A stretch of 64,000 bases of DNA from an uncultured Candidatus Saccharibacteria bacterium (GCA_964504255.1 CAZDDU010000001.1:99512-163511), one strand, 5' to 3'; positions 1-9,810 are shown, counted from the first letter of the stretch. Made by a program: numbers and translations. The notes: a model not told the origin generated them from the letters alone.

Positions 1-1
1 T

Positions 2-52
2 AAGGTTAAGGACCTAGCCGAGGCAGCTCGCGAGGCCGGACTAAAGTTTTAA
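2..52 (+). CDS. rplR: 50S ribosomal protein L18, C-terminal fragment (partial at window edge)
   Basis: Frame ends ...KVKDLAEAAREAGLKF* directly upstream of rpsE; typical L18 C-terminus and operon position. Confidence 0.5.
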   Translation, partial: KVKDLAEAAREAGLKF

Positions 53-57
53 ATATT

Positions 58-714
58 ATGGAAGATACAAAAGTACAAGAGAATACAGAGGTTGTAGTCG
101 CTCCAACAGAGCCAGTTCTTGAGAGTGTTGTTGTGGCCGACACTGTGACTCCAGCTCAGACAGTAGACCCTCGCAATTCTAGAGGAGGAGACAATCGTCG
201 TGGTCCAGGTGGTCCTCGTAGAGACAATCGTCGTGGTCCTCGTCGTGACACTCGTCCTAAGTCTGAGTTCGACCAGAAGATCGTGAGTCTCCGTCGTGTG
301 ACTCGTGTTACTTCGGGAGGTAGACGCTTCGCCTTCTCTGTCTGTGTTGTAGCAGGCAACAGGAAGGGTATGGTCGGTGTTGGACAGGGCAAGGCTACCG
401 ATACTCCACTAGCTATAGAGAAGGCCTTTAGAGATGCGAAGAAGAACATGATCTCAGTCAACATGACAAAGAACATGTCTATCCCTCACGAGGTTGAGGC
501 TAAGTATGCTGGATCCCGTGTGAAGATCATGCCAGCACCGGGCAAGGGTATCCTCGCAGGTTCATCAGTCCGTGCAGTACTTGAGCTAGCGGGATTGAAG
601 GAAATTTCTTCAAAGCTCCTCTCTCGTTCTAAGAACACTATTAACAACGCCTATGTAGGTATCAAGGCACTAGAGCAATTGTCGAAGACCAAGATAAAGG
701 CTAAGGACAGATAA
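58..714 (+). CDS. rpsE: 30S ribosomal protein S5 with ~85-aa Arg/Gly-rich N-terminal extension
   Basis: GGRRFAFSVCVVAGNRKGMVGVGQGKA and GSRVKIMPAPGKGI S5 motifs; extension carries RRDNRRGP repeats. Confidence 0.9.
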   Translation: MEDTKVQENTEVVVAPTEPVLESVVVADTVTPAQTVDPRNSRGGDNRRGPGGPRRDNRRGPRRDTRPKSEFDQKIVSLRRVTRVTSGGRRFAFSVCVVAGNRKGMVGVGQGKATDTPLAIEKAFRDAKKNMISVNMTKNMSIPHEVEAKYAGSRVKIMPAPGKGILAGSSVRAVLELAGLKEISSKLLSRSKNTINNAYVGIKALEQLSKTKIKAKDR

Positions 715-724
715 CCACACCACC

Positions 725-1165
725 ATGCAACTACACACTCTCAAATCAAAGACCAAGAGGAAGAAGTCACGCCAAGTAGGTCGTGGTGGTAAGCGCGGTA
801 AGACATCGGGTAAGGGTACCAAGGGTCAGAATGCTCGTGCCGGCAGAAAGAAGCGCCCAGAACTTAGAGACTTCATCAAGCGCTTCCCTAAGCTTCGTGG
901 ACGCGGTGTTTCCTCACTCAAGTCATTCCAGGACGCAGCTCTTGTTGTTAACTTGAAGGCAATAGACGTTGCGTACAAGGTTGGTGAGGTTGTCTCGGTT
1001 GCTACTCTACTCGACAAAAAGTTAATTGATATGAAGAACGCCAAGGCTACCAAGGTTAAGATCCTAGCTACAGGAGACTTGAGTAAGAAGCTCGATTTCG
1101 ACGGACTATTGGTCTCAGAGAGTGCAAAGAGTAAGATAGAGAAGGCAGGCGGCACTATCCGCTAA
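725..1165 (+). CDS. rplO: 50S ribosomal protein L15
   Basis: KRKKSRQVGRGGKRGKTSGKGTKGQNARAG N-terminus typical of L15; follows rpsE with 10-bp spacer (no rpmD). Confidence 0.9.
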   Translation: MQLHTLKSKTKRKKSRQVGRGGKRGKTSGKGTKGQNARAGRKKRPELRDFIKRFPKLRGRGVSSLKSFQDAALVVNLKAIDVAYKVGEVVSVATLLDKKLIDMKNAKATKVKILATGDLSKKLDFDGLLVSESAKSKIEKAGGTIR

Positions 1166-1169
1166 TCAA

Positions 1170-2444
1170 ATGTTTAAAACTTTTATAGAAAAGGTCGGCC
1201 TAGTTCTCAGTGACTCGGTCCTTAAGAGAAGGATTTTCGTTACCATTGCCATTCTCGTACTTGCGAGAGTTTTGGCGGTTGTTGCTATCCCTGGTATCGA
1301 CCAAAGTGCCTTGGCGTCTTTCTTTTCTGGTAACCAGTTCCTCTCACTTCTGAACATCTTCTCAGGAGGTGGGCTTGCATCACTCTCTATCATCATGCTC
1401 GGAGTAGGTCCATATATCACTGCATCTATTATCATGCAGCTTCTAACCTTGATGATTCCAAACCTGAAGGAGATGCAGCAAGACGGGGGAGACTCAGGTA
1501 GACAGAAGCTCTCTCAATACGGTCGACTCTTGGCAGTGCCTCTATCCTTCCTTCAGGCATATGCATTTATCTCACTCTTCCAGAAGCAGGGTGTCTTGCC
1601 AGCTCTTACCACAGGTACTCTAGTACTCGACATTCTGCTTATCACTGCGGGTTCGATGCTCCTAGTATGGTTGGGAGAGCTCATTACTGAGTTTGGTATA
1701 GGTAACGGAGTCTCTCTTATTATCTTCGCGGGTATTGTGAGCTCACTACCTAGTGCTATCGCGCAACTTGCCTTCACCTTCGATCCAGCACAGATCCCTG
1801 TCTACATAGCTATGTTTGTTGTAACCATCCTACTTATCTTCGGAGTGGTTATTGTGAGTGAGGCTGAGCGTCCAATACCGATTACTTACTCCAAGCAGAT
1901 TCGAGGAGGCACAACCTCAGGAGGTATGCAGAGCTACCTCCCACTACGAGTCAACCAGGCTGGAGTGATCCCAATAATTTTTGCTCTTTCAATCCTTCTC
2001 TTCCCACAAATGATTTTGCAGTTCCTCACTTCCTCTACAGTAGCGTCAGTTGCAAGTGCCGCTACTGCCATACTAGCTCTTCTTAATAATCTTTGGTTCT
2101 ACAATTCTGCTTACTTTCTCTTGGTCTTCCTCTTTACTTACTTCTACACTGCAGTGACCTTCGACCCAGAGCAGATAGCAGAGAACTTGCAGAAGTCGGG
2201 TGCCTTCGTCCCAGGTATACGCCCTGGTGAGCCAACAGCAGACTATATCTCGAGAGTCTTGACCCGTCTCACTCTCATAGGAGCACTCTTCCTCGGTGTG
2301 GTAGCTGTGCTCCCGCTCGTGCTTCGCTCTGTTACTCAGATACAGTCTATGGCTATCGGTGGTACAGCACTTCTTATCGTGGTCTCAGTGGTCATTGATC
2401 TCATCAAGAAGATCGACGCACAACTTTCGGTACGAGAATACTAG
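1170..2444 (+). CDS. secY: preprotein translocase subunit SecY
   Basis: 10 TM helices; GNGVSLIIFAGIV and plug/hinge motifs; operon position after rplO. Confidence 0.9.
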   Translation: MFKTFIEKVGLVLSDSVLKRRIFVTIAILVLARVLAVVAIPGIDQSALASFFSGNQFLSLLNIFSGGGLASLSIIMLGVGPYITASIIMQLLTLMIPNLKEMQQDGGDSGRQKLSQYGRLLAVPLSFLQAYAFISLFQKQGVLPALTTGTLVLDILLITAGSMLLVWLGELITEFGIGNGVSLIIFAGIVSSLPSAIAQLAFTFDPAQIPVYIAMFVVTILLIFGVVIVSEAERPIPITYSKQIRGGTTSGGMQSYLPLRVNQAGVIPIIFALSILLFPQMILQFLTSSTVASVASAATAILALLNNLWFYNSAYFLLVFLFTYFYTAVTFDPEQIAENLQKSGAFVPGIRPGEPTADYISRVLTRLTLIGALFLGVVAVLPLVLRSVTQIQSMAIGGTALLIVVSVVIDLIKKIDAQLSVREY

Positions 2445-2467
2445 TTTTGCTCTATAATAATTAGAGC

Positions 2468-3067
2468 ATGTTACACACCGTTATATTTATAGGGCGTAGT
2501 GGTTGTGGTAAGGGGACTCAGGCAGAGCTACTTCGTAACCGCATCAAGGAGCACGATCTCAAGAAGAGGCAGATCCTCTACATCGAGACAGGCGACGGAT
2601 TTAGAGAGTTCGTTAGAGGCAAGAGTTTGTCGTCTAGGTTGTCTAAGGCTATATACGACCGGGATGCTAGGCAACCAGACTTCCTCGCCACAATGATGTG
2701 GGGCAAGATGCTTCTCGAGCAGTTGGACGAAGAGATGCACCTAGTCTTCGACGGTGTGGCTCGTTCCAAGGCCGAGGCACACATGCTCTCTACTGCTCTT
2801 TGGTTCTACGAAAGAGAGAAGCCAACGGTGATTTATATCAACGTCTCTCGTAAGTGGAGCGAGGAGAAGTTGCTCAAGCGTGGTCGTGCTGATGACGTTA
2901 ACCTGGCAAGGATAGACAAGAGACTCGACTGGTTCGACAAGGATGTTATACCCTCTATTGAGTCCTTCAGGGAAAATCCATTCTTTAGAGTGATAGAAAT
3001 CAACGGCGAGCAGAGTGTAGAGGCGGTGCATGCAGAATTAATTTCTAAATACGAATACTCAGAGTGA
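2468..3067 (+). CDS. adk: adenylate kinase
   Basis: P-loop IFIGRSGCGKGTQAELL; operon position secY-adk-map. Confidence 0.85.
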   Translation: MLHTVIFIGRSGCGKGTQAELLRNRIKEHDLKKRQILYIETGDGFREFVRGKSLSSRLSKAIYDRDARQPDFLATMMWGKMLLEQLDEEMHLVFDGVARSKAEAHMLSTALWFYEREKPTVIYINVSRKWSEEKLLKRGRADDVNLARIDKRLDWFDKDVIPSIESFRENPFFRVIEINGEQSVEAVHAELISKYEYSE

Positions 3068-3831
3068 TCAGACTAAAGACCAAAGAACAAATACAAACAA
3101 TGCATGAGGGTGGCAAGCGACACTCCGAGATTCTTCGTGCTTTAGCCGAGATGGTCACTCCAGGTATGTCCACTCTAGTACTCGAGGAGGAGGCCCTACG
3201 GCTTATTCATGCTCACGGTGACACGCCAGCTTTTTTGAACTACTCTCCTAAGGGTGCTTCGCGTCCATTCCCCGCAGCACTCTGTGTATCTATAAACGAC
3301 GAGATTGTGCATGGAATACCAAATGAGAAGGAGAGGATACTTAGAGATGGCGACATAGTATCACTCGACCTTGGGCTCAAGCATGAGGGCTTCATTACCG
3401 ACTCAGCAGTCACAGTAGCAGTGGGTTCTGTAGACGATGAGTCTAGAGACATCATGCGTCTTGCCAAGGAGGCACTAGAGGCGGGGATTAAGGCTGCACA
3501 GCCAGGTGCGCATATAGGTGACATTGGTGATGCTGTATACAAGGTAGTGAAGGGCACTGGCTACTCACTCGCAGAGGACCTAGCAGGACACGGTGTTGGC
3601 TTCGAGGTGCATGAGGACCCATTCGTACCAAACATGGGGAGGAGGGGAGAGGGTGAGAAGTTGGTCCCTGGTATGGTTATTGCTATAGAACCAATGGTTA
3701 ATGCTGGAGGTGGTGCCATAGCCGACACCGATGACGGATATACCATCGTCACCGCAGACGGTTCTCGCAGTGCTCATTTCGAACATACTATTGCAATTAC
3801 CGATACAGGAAACATCGTTTTGACTCGTTAG
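3064..3831 (+). CDS. map: type I methionine aminopeptidase
   Basis: 4-nt overlap with adk; pita-bread fold motifs (DIVSLDLG, GHGVG..HE, IAIEPM). Confidence 0.85.
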   Translation: MIRLKTKEQIQTMHEGGKRHSEILRALAEMVTPGMSTLVLEEEALRLIHAHGDTPAFLNYSPKGASRPFPAALCVSINDEIVHGIPNEKERILRDGDIVSLDLGLKHEGFITDSAVTVAVGSVDDESRDIMRLAKEALEAGIKAAQPGAHIGDIGDAVYKVVKGTGYSLAEDLAGHGVGFEVHEDPFVPNMGRRGEGEKLVPGMVIAIEPMVNAGGGAIADTDDGYTIVTADGSRSAHFEHTIAITDTGNIVLTR

Positions 3832-3877
3832 GTGGGTGTGGTAGTGTTGGCCATAGAATCAACCTACAGGGGGCCAA

Positions 3878-4309
3878 ATGTCAGCGAAGATCTTGCTTGG
3901 GCTCATCGTCGCTATCGTAGCTTTCGGAATACTAGCTGAGTGGTACTACCGCTGGATCAGGCGCGTGCAACCGGTGGATAACTCTGATCCGTTTGCTGCA
4001 CCAGATCTGGACAAGTATGTTGCTGATATTGAACATGGTGATAATTTGGATAGAGGTCATAATTTATTAGACTCAGTAGAGAAATGGGCTGCTGAGAGGG
4101 GAATGACACTAGATGAGTATCGCGATCACATCATCGAACAGATAGCGAAGTGTCCATACCCAACGATCAACTGCCTTACTCAGACTGAGCTCGAGGATGT
4201 AGCAATGCAGAGATTTGGTCTCTCTTCTCCGAGAGTGGCTGATCATGCATATCATTGTAGGTATTGTCGGCCACAAGTCCTGTTGCTTCGTCAGCGAGGA
4301 CCGAGATAA
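3878..4309 (+). CDS. hypothetical protein, N-terminal TM anchor
   Basis: ORF with single N-terminal hydrophobic helix; no recognisable domain. Confidence 0.4.
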   Translation: MSAKILLGLIVAIVAFGILAEWYYRWIRRVQPVDNSDPFAAPDLDKYVADIEHGDNLDRGHNLLDSVEKWAAERGMTLDEYRDHIIEQIAKCPYPTINCLTQTELEDVAMQRFGLSSPRVADHAYHCRYCRPQVLLLRQRGPR

Positions 4310-4365
4310 TCTCGGTCTTTTTCTTTGGTCTAACCTTTGTTATACTCATCTTCTAATTCATATTT

Positions 4366-4968
4366 ATGTCACATCCAAAGAAAGAAAGGAGTTTCGTAGC
4401 TGTTAAGCACGATGGAGTGCAGAGGACTTTGGTGGGGGAGATCATCAACCGCGTAGAGAGGACAGGACTTAAGATTATTGGTCTCAAGATGTTTGTGCCA
4501 AGTATGCCTCAGACGGTAGAGCACTATGGCAAGGATGATGCTTGGTGTGAGAAGGTGGGTCAGAGGACTTTAGACAATATGGCGAAGGAGGGTAAAACTA
4601 CAGATAAGACAGCTGTTGAGATTGGTCGCGAGGTGTTGAATGCTCTTTATAGGTACTTCACTCTAGGACCAGTTGTTGGATTTGTCGTTGAGGGCAACAA
4701 GGCGGTTGACATTGTGAAGAAGTTGGTCGGTGGTACCGAACCTACTACTTCGGATGTTGGTACTATAAGAGGTGATTACACTCTAGACTCATATGATTTG
4801 GCCAATGTAGATGGGAGAGCAGTGAGGAATCTTATACATTGCTCCGATAAGCCAGAGGAAGCAGAGCGCGAGATCAAGATTTGGTTTAAGAATGACGAAT
4901 TGATCAACTACAAATCTATTCAAGAGGCGATATTGTACGACGTAAACATTGACGGTATCTTAGAATAA
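4366..4968 (+). CDS. ndk: nucleoside diphosphate kinase (long variant, 200 aa)
   Basis: N-terminal FVAVKHDGVQRTLVGEIINRVERTGLKIIGLKMF matches NDK fold; longer than canonical ~140 aa. Confidence 0.7.
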   Translation: MSHPKKERSFVAVKHDGVQRTLVGEIINRVERTGLKIIGLKMFVPSMPQTVEHYGKDDAWCEKVGQRTLDNMAKEGKTTDKTAVEIGREVLNALYRYFTLGPVVGFVVEGNKAVDIVKKLVGGTEPTTSDVGTIRGDYTLDSYDLANVDGRAVRNLIHCSDKPEEAEREIKIWFKNDELINYKSIQEAILYDVNIDGILE

Positions 4969-5187
4969 TTCTGTATTCTTAGCTTAGTATTCCCATTTTT
5001 TCGAAAACTGGGGATTACTCATCTCTTATAACTTTTGCAAAAGTTCTAAGTAGTTATAATGATTGTAGGGTTATCTAAGGTATTATCTAGCTAACCAATA
5101 TTTAGGGATCTCGAATCGTTCTCGACCTTGGTCCTGAACTGAGAGAACCCACCTAGTTTTAGAACTAGGGAATACCAAGGTAACCCC

Positions 5188-5640
5188 ATGAAAGTCCCCC
5201 ATTCCGCGCAAGCGTTATGGGGGGTTCTCGTTTATAATATGCCGATGCAACGCAACTTCCTCTTCCTAACCTTTCTCTCTGTGGCCCTTATGGGCTTTCT
5301 TCATCATTTAGGAAGTTATTACTTTCTGTATTGGAGTATCGGTTGGTTTGATATGGTGATGCACTTCTTGGGTGGACTCTCTGTGGCACTCATTTTTGTC
5401 TGGGGGTATTACTTCTCTGGAGTTGGGGGAGGGGATGTGTCTGTCGACAAGCGTTTGATTATGAAGACCTTTCTCTTTGTCATGATTATTGGTGTTGCAT
5501 GGGAGTACTTCGAATATTATTTCAAAATTGCTAATCCAACGAAGGGCAATTATGTAGAGGACACCACTCTCGACCTCATCTTCGACGCACTTGGAGCACT
5601 CTTGGTCGGTATAATAAGTAACAAAAAAATAAATTCATGA
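5188..5640 (+). CDS. hypothetical integral membrane protein
   Basis: 4 predicted TM helices; stop overlaps start of downstream gene (ATGA). Confidence 0.45.
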   Translation: MKVPHSAQALWGVLVYNMPMQRNFLFLTFLSVALMGFLHHLGSYYFLYWSIGWFDMVMHFLGGLSVALIFVWGYYFSGVGGGDVSVDKRLIMKTFLFVMIIGVAWEYFEYYFKIANPTKGNYVEDTTLDLIFDALGALLVGIISNKKINS

Positions 5641-6956
5641 AAACAAATCTAACTTGCTACGGTGGTGTAGGTACAGTCACGGGAGCGAACTTCCTCCTTG
5701 AAGTAGAGGGTGATGGGAAGTTGCTCAAGGTACTTATTGACTGTGGGCTTTTCCAAGGATTAATCGCTGAGAGTGAGGTGTCAAAAACTTTTGATTACGA
5801 TACCACTACCATCGACTTCCTCTTCATCACTCACGCGCATATTGACCATATTGGTCGCATACCTGACCTGGTTAAGGCTGGCTTTAACGGTAAGATTCTC
5901 TCTACTCGAGAGACGAAGGATATCGCACGCTTTATGTTGAAGGATCTCTCGCATATTGCGGGGGAAGGGGACGATGCTGCCGAAAAGGCTCTAAGCATGT
6001 GGGATACACTGCCTTATCACACAGCTAAGAAGTTTGATCTCGGTGGAGTAGAGGCTTTCTCACTTGAACTCTTCGATGCCGGCCACATCTTGGGCTCTGC
6101 AATGTACAAGCTCACCTTCCCCTCGGGTAAGTCGATCTTGTTTAGTGGTGACATTGGTAACTCACCCTCACCACTCCAGAGTGATGTCGAGAGGGTGAGC
6201 GATACTACCTACATTCTTATGGACTCTGTCTATGGAGACCGTAATCACCAAAGCAATGATGAGAGAGACAAGCGGTTTGCCGAGATAATAGAGGATGTTA
6301 TAGAGAGGAAGAGTACTCTCCTTATACCCGTTTTCTCTCTCGAGCGTACACAGGTAATGATTCATGAGTTAGACAAACTCTTTACTTCTAAGGGTCTTAG
6401 GAGTATTCCAGTATTCCTCGACTCACCACTCGCGATCAACATTACCGAGATTTATAGAAATCATTTCAACACTCCCGATAAAGATTTGTACTTCAACAAG
6501 CTTCAAGAGACCGCACAGGTGAGAGACTCAATTAGCATCAGTCATATCCCTGGACCCAAGATCATTATGGCTGGCTCTGGTATGTCGACTGCTGGACGCA
6601 TTGTGCATCACGAAGAGCATTATTTACCAGACCAGAATGCCACACTGCTCTTTGTCGGGTACCAAGCAGCTGGGACTCTAGGACGACTTATCCAAGACGG
6701 TGCGAAGGAGGTGAAGATCAATGACAAGTTGATTAAGGTTAATGCGAGAGTGCTGACTATTGACGGCTTCTCTGCACACGCAGACTCTGACCAGTTGGTG
6801 AAGTTCGTTGAAGCGAGCGAGAAGAGTGTGCAGAAGGTCTTCATTACTATGGGTGAACTCAAGTCCTCGATTTTCTTGGCACAAAGACTCAAGGACGAGC
6901 TCGGTGTTGAGTCTGTCATCCCAGAGAAGGGCAAGAGGTACGAACTCGACTTATAG
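5637..6956 (+). CDS. MBL-fold metallo-hydrolase, beta-CASP RNA-processing family
   Basis: HAHIDHIGRIPDL (HxHxDH), downstream D/H motifs, C-terminal GFSAHADSDQL beta-CASP motif. Confidence 0.7.
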   Translation: MKTNLTCYGGVGTVTGANFLLEVEGDGKLLKVLIDCGLFQGLIAESEVSKTFDYDTTTIDFLFITHAHIDHIGRIPDLVKAGFNGKILSTRETKDIARFMLKDLSHIAGEGDDAAEKALSMWDTLPYHTAKKFDLGGVEAFSLELFDAGHILGSAMYKLTFPSGKSILFSGDIGNSPSPLQSDVERVSDTTYILMDSVYGDRNHQSNDERDKRFAEIIEDVIERKSTLLIPVFSLERTQVMIHELDKLFTSKGLRSIPVFLDSPLAINITEIYRNHFNTPDKDLYFNKLQETAQVRDSISISHIPGPKIIMAGSGMSTAGRIVHHEEHYLPDQNATLLFVGYQAAGTLGRLIQDGAKEVKINDKLIKVNARVLTIDGFSAHADSDQLVKFVEASEKSVQKVFITMGELKSSIFLAQRLKDELGVESVIPEKGKRYELDL

Positions 6957-6963
6957 TAAAAAT

Positions 6964-7125
6964 ATGAACACCAAACTTATTTGGTTACTGATGGCAGTGG
7001 GCACTACTCTCGGTGGTTATGTACCACTATTTTGGGGCGGCAGCACCTTCTCTATGTCATCAATTATACTCGCAGCAGTTGGTGGCTTCCTTGGTATCTA
7101 TGCTGGTTACAAACTCAGTCAGTAA
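6964..7125 (+). CDS. small Gly-rich membrane protein (54 aa)
   Basis: ATG at 6964 in frame of ORF 6808..7125; two hydrophobic segments with GxxxG-like spacing. Confidence 0.35.
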   Translation: MNTKLIWLLMAVGTTLGGYVPLFWGGSTFSMSSIILAAVGGFLGIYAGYKLSQ

Positions 7126-7130
7126 GAGGG

Positions 7131-7475
7131 TTACTTAACTGCTTCTACAATCTTAGCGAAAATAGTTGGATGATTCTCTGCGAGGTCAGCGAGGATCTTG
7201 CGATCAAGCTTGATACCCTTCTTGTTCAAAGCGTCGATGAACTTTGAGTAGGAGAGACCTAGTGGCTTAACAGCTGAGGAGATGCGGACATTCCAAAGAC
7301 GGCGGAAGTCACCCTTCTTGTCTCGTCTGTGAGCAAAGGCGTATGTACCTGCATGGAAGATGGCCTCGTTAGCCTGGCGTTCCTTGGTTGAGCGACCAAA
7401 GCGGTAACCCTTAACCTTTCTTAATATATTCTTTCTTGTTTTGAGGGCATTTACACCCTTTTTGACTCTGGTCAT
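7131..7475 (-). CDS. rplT: 50S ribosomal protein L20
   Basis: MTRVKKGVNALKTRKNILRKVKGYRFGRS... canonical L20. Confidence 0.9.
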   Translation of the reverse strand: MTRVKKGVNALKTRKNILRKVKGYRFGRSTKERQANEAIFHAGTYAFAHRRDKKGDFRRLWNVRISSAVKPLGLSYSKFIDALNKKGIKLDRKILADLAENHPTIFAKIVEAVK

Positions 7476-7501
7476 GGACTTGTAGTGAGTTTATCGAACT
7501 A

Positions 7502-7696
7502 TTATTTGATATTTACTAGGAAACGGCTCCTCTCCTTGTTGCTCATGTGGAACTCTGAGTTCCTACCCTTGGCACCCTTCTCAGAGCTAGACTCCTTGGC
7601 GTTGAAGTGGTTTTGACCAGTTTTGCGCACCAAAATCTTGCCCCTCTTGGTGACTTTGATCCTTTTGGCGAACGATTTGTTGGTCTTAATTGACAT
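7502..7696 (-). CDS. rpmI: 50S ribosomal protein L35
   Basis: Lys/Arg-rich 64-aa protein between infC and rplT. Confidence 0.85.
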   Translation of the reverse strand: MSIKTNKSFAKRIKVTKRGKILVRKTGQNHFNAKESSSEKGAKGRNSEFHMSNKERSRFLVNIK

Positions 7697-7747
7697 AAAA
7701 TAAGCCGTTTATTGGCCTGTACATATTACTTATTTCTGAGCGTTTGT

Positions 7748-8254
7748 CTAGGCTTTTTCGATAATAGCTGTCATGCCCTTCGGGCTCTTTTTGGGAGCAT
7801 CAGCGATCTTGTGGGGGACAGTTACCAGCTTGAGTAGGCGCTCTATACGCTCTTTGAGGAACTTCTCATCCAGGTACTTAGCTCTGCCTGGGAGGAAGAG
7901 GTTGATCTGGACTCTGTTGCCCTCAGCAAGCCATTCTGAGGCCTTCTTAGCCTTGAGGCCGAGATCGCTCTCGCCGGTACCTAGCTTCACTTGGACGCTC
8001 TTCACCTCGACTGAGTGGGCCTTCTTCTTTGATTCCTTCTCCTTCTTAGCTTCGGCATACATGTACTTACCTAGGTCGGTAATCTTAGCTACCGGGGGTA
8101 TCGCGTTTGGAGAGATCTCGACTAGGTCAAGGGAGAACTCAGCCGCCTTCTTAAGAGCGTCTTCTAGACTAAGGACACCGAAGTTCTCTCCCTCAGGGCC
8201 TATGACTCGAACTTCTTTAGATCTTATGGCGTGATTCGTTCTCGGGGTGAGCAA
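7748..8254 (-). CDS. infC: translation initiation factor IF-3 (non-ATG start, TTG at 8254)
   Basis: EVRVIGPEGENFGVLSLEDALKKAAEFSLDLVEISPNAIPPVAKITDLGKY... IF3 N- and C-domains. Confidence 0.85.
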   Translation of the reverse strand: MLTPRTNHAIRSKEVRVIGPEGENFGVLSLEDALKKAAEFSLDLVEISPNAIPPVAKITDLGKYMYAEAKKEKESKKKAHSVEVKSVQVKLGTGESDLGLKAKKASEWLAEGNRVQINLFLPGRAKYLDEKFLKERIERLLKLVTVPHKIADAPKKSPKGMTAIIEKA

Positions 8255-8321
8255 TGCCTTTTTATTAGTTGGTGTGAGTATACACTATATTTTCCTTAGT
8301 TTCTACTGGTACTATATAGGT

Positions 8322-8777
8322 ATGGAAATAAAGCACAGTCTCCCAGATCTTGAGCAAATCATCAGATCTCGCCGTCCTTTGAAGAACGCTTTCGTGAAGA
8401 CTCAAGCAACTTTATCTGCCTCAGAGCGATTCGCTGTTTATGTTACTCATCATGTGGGTTCTATCGAGTTTTTCTCCATTCTTATGGTGTGGAGTTTGGG
8501 GTGGCTCATGTGGAACCTCTTTGGTCCATCACACCTACGCTTCGACCCAGCACCCGCTTTCGTTATATGGCTCTTCCTCTCAAATATCATCCAGCTCATT
8601 CTTTTGCCACTCATTCTTATTGGACAGAACTTGGACAACAGACATACCAACATGCAGGCAGAGGAAGATTATCAGATTAACAAGCACTCAGAGGAGGAGA
8701 TTAAGATCATCATTGGCCATCTTGAGAACCAGAACGAGCTTATGTTAGAAATTATGCGCAAACTAGACAGAAATTAA
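8322..8777 (+). CDS. DUF1003-like membrane protein
   Basis: Internal ATG at 8322 avoids overlap with infC; LSASERFAVYVTHHVGSIEFFSILMVWSLGWLMWN, two TM helices. Confidence 0.45.
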   Translation: MEIKHSLPDLEQIIRSRRPLKNAFVKTQATLSASERFAVYVTHHVGSIEFFSILMVWSLGWLMWNLFGPSHLRFDPAPAFVIWLFLSNIIQLILLPLILIGQNLDNRHTNMQAEEDYQINKHSEEEIKIIIGHLENQNELMLEIMRKLDRN

Positions 8778-8902
8778 TCGTCGCTTTAGAATGGTCAGAA
8801 TGACAATTAAGCAGACATTTATTGGACTCGATCTGGCCTACACGGAGGTTCGGAGTCTTATGTCTGTCTTTCTTAAGAAACTAATTTAAGGAAACCAAAC
8901 AC

Positions 8903-8934
8903 AAGCCTCTGAACCACAGAGGCTTTGTTCTTTT
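8903..8934 (+). terminator. intrinsic terminator
   Basis: aagcctctg-aacca-cagaggctt hairpin followed by T-run. Confidence 0.5.
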
Positions 8935-8966
8935 ACCCCGTGTCTCACTCCCAACCAGAGGACAAG

Positions 8967-9134
8967 ATGCAGCAAGAGCTCGAAGTTGTGAAGGTCGATG
9001 TGAAGGATGGCAAGAAGATCGCCAAGATCAGGCACCAGTGTGATCCGACGACGCTCCTGACTTTGACGGAGACACACCATGGCTGGGTGGACGAACTCGG
9101 GGTGAAGTATCCACCGGACTACATCGAGGTGTAG
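8967..9134 (+). CDS. hypothetical small protein (55 aa)
   Basis: ATG at 8967 preceded by GAGGA; upstream part of ORF 8925 overlaps the terminator. Confidence 0.3.
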   Translation: MQQELEVVKVDVKDGKKIAKIRHQCDPTTLLTLTETHHGWVDELGVKYPPDYIEV

Positions 9135-9138
9135 TCTC

Positions 9139-9164
9139 AGTCCCGCGCAAAGCGGGACTTTTTC
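9139..9164 (+). terminator. intrinsic terminator
   Basis: agtcccgc-gcaaa-gcgggact hairpin + TTTTT. Confidence 0.55.
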
Positions 9165-9170
9165 TATAAG

Positions 9171-9195
9171 AAAAACCGCACCACAAGTGGTGCGG
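9171..9195 (-). terminator. intrinsic terminator (convergent partner)
   Basis: ccgcacca-caag-tggtgcgg hairpin preceded by A-run on plus strand (T-run on minus). Confidence 0.5.
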
Positions 9196-9197
9196 AC

Positions 9198-9443
9198 TTA
9201 CTTCAGGAACTTGATTCCGATTTTGATAATGATAGCGAGGAAGCTAAGAGCGCACATCACACCCGTAGTACGGTGGAAGAAGCTCTCAAGTATCGAGTCG
9301 AACATTGGTACTTGCTTGTTCTTCTTCCGCTTCGTATCATTTTTCTCCCACTGGATACAGTAGAGAAGAAGAGGGAAGAATGTCGCAAGGATCATGACGG
9401 CCCAGAGGTTGTCGAAACCAAGCACCAAGTCGAGCACACTCAC
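9198..9443 (-). CDS. hypothetical small membrane protein
   Basis: 81-aa ORF with two hydrophobic helices. Confidence 0.4.
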   Translation of the reverse strand: MSVLDLVLGFDNLWAVMILATFFPLLLYCIQWEKNDTKRKKNKQVPMFDSILESFFHRTTGVMCALSFLAIIIKIGIKFLK

Positions 9444-9452
9444 TCCTTTTTT

Positions 9453-9722
9453 CTAAGTGTTAGGCTCTGGGATTTTCTCGATCTTGATTCGGAATTGCTT
9501 AGGCCCACTAATGGCCATCTTGTGGAGGGCTCTGTGGCAAATACCGATCATTGTACCTTCGAAGTAAATCCATTTGCCGGACGTTGCCTCAAAGCCATCG
9601 AGCGGATGAGGCTTTTCGACCAGTGTGTATGTACAAGGCGGACACTCCATCTCAACAAAATTGTTGTCCGCATCGTAGAGATAGAATCTCACCGGGAAGG
9701 TGACCTCATACATGTTCGCCAC
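9453..9722 (-). CDS. hypothetical protein
   Basis: 89-aa ORF; upstream AAAGGAGG RBS, TTGACT-17-TAGTAT promoter and its own terminator. Confidence 0.45.
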   Translation of the reverse strand: MANMYEVTFPVRFYLYDADNNFVEMECPPCTYTLVEKPHPLDGFEATSGKWIYFEGTMIGICHRALHKMAISGPKQFRIKIEKIPEPNT

Positions 9723-9810
9723 CTCCTTTAGGGTTCAGGTCTAGTGCGATACTAAGTCCTCCAAACCCCAAAGTCAAACAAAAAAACTCCACGCAGGGTG
9801 GAGTGTGGTA

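Noticed and set aside
6808-6963. Upstream extension of the small membrane ORF
   Set aside because: It overlaps the 3' end of the beta-CASP hydrolase gene in another frame. Only the segment from ATG 6964 was kept.
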